Below are positions 58,074 to 64,000 of a stretch of 64,000 nucleotides of DNA, in pieces. This stretch comes from Candidatus Caldarchaeum sp. (lineage in GTDB: Archaea; Thermoproteota; Nitrososphaeria_A; Caldarchaeales; Caldarchaeaceae): contig JAWBRA010000001.1 in the NCBI GenBank assembly GCA_038844785.1, positions 39,931 through 103,930 on the forward strand. The letters run 5' to 3'. A program made the position numbers and the translations under genes. The notes under the pieces are model-generated. The model did no database searches. It saw only the letters and a list, made by a program, of their open reading frames with translations, and was not told where the DNA came from. The stretch's first letter is position 1. Each line of letters starts with the position of its first letter.

Positions 58074-58955
58074 TTGACGGTGCGGCTGATGATAGGGTTG
58101 GAAAACCTCATCGTCCTGCTTGTTTACGGCGCTACCCTGAGCGGCGTATGGGCCCTAATATCGTCTGGGTTTACGTTGATTTTCGGAGTCTGCAGGCTTC
58201 TCAACCTAGCCCACGGAGGCCTGTTCATAGCAGGCGCCTACATCGGCCTATCGCTTATCAGAAGCTTGGGACTCGACCCACTGAGCTCAACGGTTTTGAG
58301 CATGCTGGCTGTAGGTGTTGTTGGAGCATGTGTTTACATAGGCTTGCTTGCAAAAGTTAAAGAGCATGAGGTAACAGTTGTTATCATAACTCTTGCTTTA
58401 GCCCTCATAATAGAGCAGGTTATCCTGCTGATGTTTGGGGAGCATGGGATAAGCTTCCCACCCGTATTGACTGGCGTGATTTACTTGGGTGATATACCGC
58501 TTCCAGCCATCAGGGTTTTCGGGCTGGCTGTAGCTTTAGCTGCCCTTCTTCTTCTAGGGCTGTTTGTCTCCAGAACGAGAATTGGGAAAGAGATTACGGC
58601 TGCCTCACAGGACATAGAAGCAGCTACCTACATCGGGCTAGACGTGCATAGACTTTTCATCGTAACGATGTTCGTATCATCTCTTCTAGCAGGTTTGGGA
58701 GGTGTTCTATACTCTCAGATATATGCGGCTAACCCGTTTCTTGTTGTGAAAGCGTTGATATTCGCGTTCGCCATTGTGATTTTGGGAGGTCTTGGAAGCG
58801 TCAAAGGAAGCATCGTAGCCTCATTTATCGTAGGATACATAATGACGGCTGTTATCATGTTTCTTGGAGCTAGATGGTCGGAGCTTTTCGCGCTGCTGAT
58901 AATCATAGCCGTTTTGATAATACGGCCTTCAGGGCTTTTCGGTGTGAAAGAATGA
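58074..58955 (+). CDS. Liv-type ABC permease (LivH-like)
   Basis: GFTLIFGV..LLNLAHG, ILGGLGSVKG, RPSGLFG. Confidence 0.9.
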   Translation: MTVRLMIGLENLIVLLVYGATLSGVWALISSGFTLIFGVCRLLNLAHGGLFIAGAYIGLSLIRSLGLDPLSSTVLSMLAVGVVGACVYIGLLAKVKEHEVTVVIITLALALIIEQVILLMFGEHGISFPPVLTGVIYLGDIPLPAIRVFGLAVALAALLLLGLFVSRTRIGKEITAASQDIEAATYIGLDVHRLFIVTMFVSSLLAGLGGVLYSQIYAANPFLVVKALIFAFAIVILGGLGSVKGSIVASFIVGYIMTAVIMFLGARWSELFALLIIIAVLIIRPSGLFGVKE

Positions 58956-59959
58956 TGAGAAGCAGGTTTGTTGGAGATGCTGTTGGCGTAGCTGCCTTGG
59001 CCGGAGTGTTGGCGTCAGCACCGCTATACATCCCAGAAGCCCTTACCTGGATACTGGGTATGTCGTTTCTCTTTATAGTTATAGCGCTGAGCTGGGACTT
59101 GGTGACAGGCTACGCTGGTCAGATTAACCTTGGGTTAACCAGCTTCGTCGGTTTAGGGGCTTATACCTCAGCACTGCTTCAAGCAACAAGCAGGCTTAGG
59201 GGAACACCCTTCGAATTTCTAGCAGGTCTTCAGGCCATTCCCGTGGAGTTGACCCTGCCAGCCGGCGGCATAGCTTCTGCAGCGGTCGGCGCTGCTATAG
59301 GAGGTGTAACACTCAGGCTTAAAGGATGGTACCTAGCTTTGGTCACCGCCATCCTCCCAATAGCTTTCGTCCAAAGCACGTATGTTTGGAAGGATGTTTT
59401 CGGGGGTGAGGAGGGATTCACACTGCAAGCCGGCCTCGCTCCAACACCCATAGGCAAATACTACACAGCTCTAATCATCATGCTGCTGTCGCTGGCCACA
59501 ATGCTATTGATAACGAGGAGCAGGCTTTCTCTGAGGCTGAGGGCCTTGAGGGATGAACCTGAGCTAGCGGAATCCATAGGGCTGGACACGGTGAAGCTGA
59601 AGGTCCTCACCTTCACATTAAGCTCTTTCTTCGCAGGCATAGCTGGAGCAGCCATAGTCAACTACAGACAGGTGGCCAACAACGACCTGTATGACGTGCC
59701 TTTGATGCTTCTGGTAATACTAGCGGTTGTCATAGGCGGTGCCGGGACGATATGGGGCCCGGTCGTCGGCGGATTCCTCGTCTACACGATGAAGTTCTGG
59801 TGGCTGAAGGGTGTTGTATTCGAGCTTGCTAGCTCCACAGGGCTGCCGATCAACGACGACGTAATACTATACACAGTCCTCATAGTATTGGCGATACTGG
59901 CGCCAAAAGGCTTATGGAATGTGCTTGGCGAAAAAATTTCAAAGAAGCTGAGACGTTAG
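58952..59959 (+). CDS. Liv-type ABC permease (LivM-like)
   Basis: GYAGQINLG, LRLKGWYLALVT, GGEEG, GGAGTIWGP; start overlaps the livH stop. Confidence 0.9.
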   Translation: MMRSRFVGDAVGVAALAGVLASAPLYIPEALTWILGMSFLFIVIALSWDLVTGYAGQINLGLTSFVGLGAYTSALLQATSRLRGTPFEFLAGLQAIPVELTLPAGGIASAAVGAAIGGVTLRLKGWYLALVTAILPIAFVQSTYVWKDVFGGEEGFTLQAGLAPTPIGKYYTALIIMLLSLATMLLITRSRLSLRLRALRDEPELAESIGLDTVKLKVLTFTLSSFFAGIAGAAIVNYRQVANNDLYDVPLMLLVILAVVIGGAGTIWGPVVGGFLVYTMKFWWLKGVVFELASSTGLPINDDVILYTVLIVLAILAPKGLWNVLGEKISKKLRR

Positions 59960-59960
59960 G

Positions 59961-60662
59961 TCATATTTTTTCGAGATAATAGTTCTCCAAGCCTCTGATG
60001 TTGGAGGCGGGTCCGCTCTCAACAATCTCGCCCTTGATCAGAAGGTTCACTTCATCAGCCAGCTCCAAAGCCAGTCGGATGTTCTGTTCAACAAGCAGTA
60101 TTGATGTGTCTGAGGTGTTTTGGATTGTTTTTATGGCCTCCCTTATCCTCATGAGCACTATAGGTGCTATGCCTTGCGAGGGCTCGTCCAACAGCAGGAG
60201 CTTAGGCCTGCTCATCAAAGCCCTGCCTATAGCTGTCATCTGCTGCTCGCCGCCGCTAGTCAGCCTTGACAGGCTGTTCCTCCGTCTTTTGATCTCGGGA
60301 AACAAGCTGTATACAAACTCAAGCTGGTCGTCGCAGTCTTTAGAAACCGCTCCCAGCTTAAGGTTTTCTTCAACAGTCATGTATGGGAAAAGCTTACGCC
60401 CCTCAGGGCATATCGAGATACCCATACGTATTCTTTGGTGGGGCTTATACTTCGCTAGGTCCTCGTTTTTAAAGAATATTCTCCCCGTCGTGTAAACTGT
60501 TCCTACCACTGCTTTCAGCAGAGTTGTTTTCCCAGCTCCGTTTGGCCCGAGAACCGCGACGGTTTCGCCGTTTCCCACCCTCATGTTGATGTTTCTTAGA
60601 ACCACCGCTTTGTCGTAGTATGCCTTTAGGTTGACTATCTCAAGAACCGTCATAGCCAACAC
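59961..60662 (-). CDS. Liv-type ABC ATPase (LivF-like)
   Basis: GPNGAGKTT, PEGRKLF, SGGEQQM, LDEPSQG, VEQN. Confidence 0.9.
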   Translation of the reverse strand: MLAMTVLEIVNLKAYYDKAVVLRNINMRVGNGETVAVLGPNGAGKTTLLKAVVGTVYTTGRIFFKNEDLAKYKPHQRIRMGISICPEGRKLFPYMTVEENLKLGAVSKDCDDQLEFVYSLFPEIKRRRNSLSRLTSGGEQQMTAIGRALMSRPKLLLLDEPSQGIAPIVLMRIREAIKTIQNTSDTSILLVEQNIRLALELADEVNLLIKGEIVESGPASNIRGLENYYLEKI

Positions 60663-61326
60663 CTAGATACGCTTCAACAACCTTTCTGTCTTCAACAACC
60701 TCTTGGGGCTTGCCCTCGCAGATAAGCCGACCGTAGTTAAGCACCAGAACACGGTTCACATGGGTGAAAAGCTCCCTCAGCTTGTGTTCAACGATCACCA
60801 TCGTAAGCCCGTTCTTCCTCAGCTTTTCTATGACTAAACCCAGCTCACTCCCCTCTCTTGGGCTCAACCCTGAGAAAGGCTCATCCAGCAAAAGAAGCCT
60901 TGGGCTCGCCGCCAAAGCCATTGCTATGCTCAGCCTCCTGAGGTCTCCTTGCGGCAGATCTCTCACGGGAAGGTTTTCCTTACCCGACAACCCTATCTCC
61001 TCGACAAGCCAGTCTACGTTATCGTTCACAATCGACAAGCTTTCCAACACAGTCATGGTTTTAAAAGTCTTTATGACTTGGAATGTCCTTACTACGCCAC
61101 GTTTGACCAGCTCGTGTGGAGGCTTCCCCGTCACATCCACACCCATAAACTCCACCTTTCCCGAGCTAGGCTTCATAAAACCTGATATGATGTTGAACAG
61201 TGTTGTTTTCCCAGCGCCGTTAGGCCCTATTATGCCCACGCACTCCCCCTGCCTAACTTCAAAGCTGACGCCGCATAACGCTTCCAGCTCGCCGAACTTT
61301 TTTGTGACGTTAATAACCCGCAGCAT
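60640..61326 (-). CDS. Liv-type ABC ATPase (LivG-like)
   Basis: GPNGAGKTTLFN, RTFQ, LDEPFSG, VEH, V.EAYLG. Confidence 0.9.
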   Translation of the reverse strand: MLRVINVTKKFGELEALCGVSFEVRQGECVGIIGPNGAGKTTLFNIISGFMKPSSGKVEFMGVDVTGKPPHELVKRGVVRTFQVIKTFKTMTVLESLSIVNDNVDWLVEEIGLSGKENLPVRDLPQGDLRRLSIAMALAASPRLLLLDEPFSGLSPREGSELGLVIEKLRKNGLTMVIVEHKLRELFTHVNRVLVLNYGRLICEGKPQEVVEDRKVVEAYLGVGYDGS

Positions 61327-61396
61327 ACAGCAACCTACTTCTGTACGTCGGCAGCACGATTTAATATGTTACCGTTAATTTATAGAGAAAAACTAA

Positions 61397-62479
61397 CTAT
61401 CGCTCGTCTTCAAACGATGTCTTAGGGCCTAGAGCCCGGTTTGCCGCTATGTCAGCCATCGCAACAGCGTACCCAGCCACTCTCCTAAGCTCCCTACCAA
61501 CCATCATTGTTATGACCGCTTTGTCGGCCTCCTTCACAGTTTGAAGAACCCGCATGTTTAACTCTTCATCCAGCTGTCTAACCTTCTCCATACTCTCAAC
61601 AACGGAGAAAACCTTTTTCATATCCTTCTCCAGGAAAGCGTCAACAGCCAGCCTGCTCATCTGATGAGCTACGTCCGACATCTGCTGGATGATTTCCAAC
61701 AGCTGCCTGTCACCCAATGGCCTACCGTATCGCGTGAAATGTCTCGCGACGTACAGGCTGTGGTAAACAGACCTGTTCAAATCTCTCGCCAAAACAGCGT
61801 AAGTTATCAGCTCTCTGCTGTTGCTTATCCCGCTCTTGTAGGCGGTTTCAGGGTTCATGCTGCATATAGCTATCTGCCTTATGACACGGCGGTAAATCCT
61901 CAGAAGCTCCGGCTCACGCCCAACCACCTCAGAGGCCATCTCAACATCGCCGTTCAAAACAGATTTGACAGCGTCTTGCTGGATGGCTAACGCCATGTTA
62001 TGCATCGACCTTATGACCGAGTCGAGCGGGACGTCGTCAAACTCTCCCGCCACAACATACGTTATGGAGCGTTCATCCTCTTTCGCTACGTCTATTCCCT
62101 GCAAATCCATCCTAAGCTCACGGAGTCTGCGTTTTTTCTCCAAAGTTATAGGGCTGGAGGATTTCACTACAATCTCGTCAGCTCCCTGCATGTAGTATGT
62201 CCAGATCATGTAGATTGCGTGCTGGAGCTCCTCTATCTGGTCAAGGTCTATCTCCACGGTCCTCTTAGAACGCACGGCCGCCGTCGATATTATCTTCAGC
62301 GATTGGCCGTCCTCGGCTAGGATGAGCTTGGAGCCTTTTTTTAAGCGTTGTTTGTCAACCCACCATTTAGGTATGGTGAGCGTGAAGCTGCCGCCTTTAA
62401 TAAGCTGCAGGCTCCTTACATTCAGCTTCCTCGAATCATATTTCAACATACGGCCAGCAATAAGACGAAACACGGACAT
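61397..62479 (-). CDS. AbrB-PhoU domain regulator (paralog of 53703-54776)
   Basis: RSLQLIKGGSFTLTIPKWWV; shares TYYMQGA, REP..LRIYR, ELITY, RR.AGY.VA.AD.AANR with the paralog. Confidence 0.8.
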   Translation of the reverse strand: MSVFRLIAGRMLKYDSRKLNVRSLQLIKGGSFTLTIPKWWVDKQRLKKGSKLILAEDGQSLKIISTAAVRSKRTVEIDLDQIEELQHAIYMIWTYYMQGADEIVVKSSSPITLEKKRRLRELRMDLQGIDVAKEDERSITYVVAGEFDDVPLDSVIRSMHNMALAIQQDAVKSVLNGDVEMASEVVGREPELLRIYRRVIRQIAICSMNPETAYKSGISNSRELITYAVLARDLNRSVYHSLYVARHFTRYGRPLGDRQLLEIIQQMSDVAHQMSRLAVDAFLEKDMKKVFSVVESMEKVRQLDEELNMRVLQTVKEADKAVITMMVGRELRRVAGYAVAMADIAANRALGPKTSFEDER

Positions 62480-62637
62480 CTAAACCTTTTTATAAAGCCC
62501 GCAGACGACGCTCTCTTTAAAATAGACCAAAAAGAATAAACCATTCCCCAACATTTTTCAAACGTGGTCTCCAGCCTTTCTAACAGCCGCTCAAGTCGTG
62601 GGCTGTTGAAGGGGCCTGCGGTAGAGGTTGGTCTGCG

Positions 62638-63276
62638 ATGCTGGAAGCAGTTTTAGAGCTTCGCATTCCCTACTACTGTTTCATGGCCGCTTCAAAGGAT
62701 ATCGACGGTGAAATAACGGTCGACGCGATACTCTACAGGGATGGACGTGTTCAACATCTTCTGACTTTGAGGGGTAGAAAGGTTTTAAGTAAAAAATCGG
62801 CCATGATGAACATTCTTAGGAAATATCCTGCCAGCTTGTCCCATCTCACTAAAGTCAGCAGCAACAGCTTCATAGCGGTTGCTGAAACCCATGCCTGCAT
62901 GCTATGTGCCTGCGCGATCGAGAACGGCTGCTTCATAGAGAGGGAGCAAAGCAGTAGAAACAATTCATGCATGATATGGCGTGTCCTCACACCTTCCCGT
63001 AGAAACCTCAACAACCTTGTGAAAGACCTTAAGACCTACGGAGCATATCCCCGCATACTTTACGTCGGCAAGCCGAGGCAGGGTGAGAAAACGTTGACAG
63101 CTAAGCAGGCACATGTTCTCGAGACTGCTGCCAGACACGGCTTTTTTGAAACTCCCAGACGTGTCTCAACCAGAACGCTGGCAGAATTGTTGAAAGTATC
63201 GCCGTCAACGTTCTCCGAAACGCTGAGAAGGGCCCTCAACAAAATAATCAACAACTACATCAACACAACACACTGA
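62638..63276 (+). CDS. HTH-10 (bacterio-opsin activator-like) regulator
   Basis: LTAKQAHVLETAARHGFFETPRRVS...LA..L.VS.STFSETLRRA. Confidence 0.85.
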   Translation: MLEAVLELRIPYYCFMAASKDIDGEITVDAILYRDGRVQHLLTLRGRKVLSKKSAMMNILRKYPASLSHLTKVSSNSFIAVAETHACMLCACAIENGCFIEREQSSRNNSCMIWRVLTPSRRNLNNLVKDLKTYGAYPRILYVGKPRQGEKTLTAKQAHVLETAARHGFFETPRRVSTRTLAELLKVSPSTFSETLRRALNKIINNYINTTH

Positions 63277-63340
63277 CGTATAGCAACGCTTTTGGAACAG
63301 CGGAGTATGAACCTCGAGGACAACCGACTTATGTATTGTG

Positions 63341-63387
63341 TGGACCGGCTGGGATTTGAACCCAGGACCTTCCGCGTGCGAGGCGGA
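63341..63387 (-). other. 3' fragment of tRNA-Ala(CGC), probable att remnant
   Basis: Minus strand TCCGC-CTCGCAC-GCGGA-AGGTC-CTGGG-TTCAAAT-CCCAG-CCGGTCC-A; no D-arm or 5' acceptor strand upstream. Confidence 0.8.
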
Positions 63388-63571
63388 AATAAAGAAGGTA
63401 TCTAACCTTAGGGTACTGCCGTGTCTAGGTGATGATGGTATTTAAAAGCTGGACTGTTTTCGACTCTCCGGGATGTCTTTCGGACGATATTCAGGAGTAT
63501 TAAGGCGTTATCCGAAAACCACCCTTGTTACGGCAAGAAGATTTTTATATAATTAGAGAATATCGTTTTTG

Positions 63572-63645
63572 GGGCCGGTAGTTCAGCCTGGAAGAACAAC
63601 CGTTTTGCACACGGTAGGTCGAGGGTTCAAATCCCTCCCGGTCCA
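63572..63645 (+). tRNA. tRNA-Ala(TGC)
   Basis: GGGCCGG/CCGGTCC acceptor with G3:U70, ACCGT-TTTGCAC-ACGGT, GAGGG-TTCAAAT-CCCTC; TTTATATAA box at about 63544. Confidence 0.92.
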
Positions 63646-63692
63646 TATGCTATATAAAGTCATAATATATTAGGAAAGAATAGGGGAGTGTT

Positions 63693-63836
63693 TGGCTGGA
63701 GGCCCGTCATCCGACAGCGTCTGAGAAGCCGGATGAAAACCGTGCATTGCCTTGCACATCGCCTATATGGCGTTGGTCGTTCTATTGCCCGGCCTTCATC
63801 CGGCTTTTCCCCGCCGTCAGGCCGGGCCTCCAGCCA
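63693..63836 (-). ncRNA. Putative structured RNA with K-turn/C-D-like motif at the 3' end of an IS110-like gene
   Basis: 14-bp and 12-bp nested inverted repeats; hairpin GCCCGGCC-UGA-CGGC..GCCG-GAUGAA-GGCCGGGC. Confidence 0.45.
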
Positions 63837-63999
63837 TGATTTGTTTGATTTTCTTCAGCAGTTGTCTGACCTTCTTGGCTTTGACCCGTTGTCTTCTGTA
63901 GTAGCTTATGGCGAGTGAGTGTGCGGCTGTCTTCAGCCTATGGTTGCATTTGCCGTTGTTGGGGTTGTATAGGCCCACGTAGCAGATGATTTTTCTCAG
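63817..63999 (-). CDS. C-terminus of a basic protein, possibly IS110-family transposase (partial)
   Basis: Hand translation LRKIICYVGLYNPNNGKCNHRLKTAAHSLAISYYRRQRVKAKKVRQLLKKIKQIMAGGPA*; Y.GL and N.RLK.A resemble the IS110 C-terminal domain. Confidence 0.45.
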   Translation of the reverse strand: MRKIICYVGLYNPNNGKCNHRLKTAAHSLAISYYRRQRVKAKKVRQLLKKIKQIMAGGPA

Positions 64000-64000
64000 A

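Noticed and set aside
63688-63918. 76-aa plus-strand ORF
   Set aside because: It runs through an inverted-repeat region and antisense to the more plausible minus-strand ORF; no protein-like features.
1-64000. CRISPR arrays, rRNA genes, tRNA introns and the many short antisense ORFs in the track
   Set aside because: No regularly spaced repeats or rRNA-like sequence seen. The three tRNAs are intron-less. The short ORFs are shadows of well-supported genes. Additional in-frame BHB introns cannot be excluded by eye.

Overview
Archaeal chromosomal segment of about 50% GC, with TATA boxes close to many start codons and CCA-less tRNAs. Gene content suggests a thermophilic TACK archaeon such as Caldarchaeales/Aigarchaeota (inference). 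It holds housekeeping genes (argS, tgtA, thiL, surE, sufC, A-ATPase E/F, an orphan nuoL, trpB2) and a LysW-dependent lysine/arginine cluster (lysM, lysYZWXJK, argGH). It also carries ECF, metal-ABC and Liv-type transporters, two IS6 copies, three tRNAs plus a tRNA-Ala 3' fragment, a CoA-dependent catabolic cluster, and a PadBCD-like/phenylacetate-CoA ligase module. The main finding is in the arginine-synthetase-like (ArcE / cDPGS-like P-loop) gene. Its conserved N-terminal motif GAAGRDFHNFN is interrupted by a 30-nt insert with an in-frame stop. The insert folds into a canonical bulge-helix-bulge, and excision at the standard endonuclease sites restores the motif exactly, so this is a candidate archaeal mRNA intron outside cbf5. 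Also notable are an uncalled lysW ending in EDWGQ instead of EDWGE, and a C/D-like structured RNA behind a partial IS110-like gene at the right edge. All family calls come from reading motifs by eye; no searches were run.
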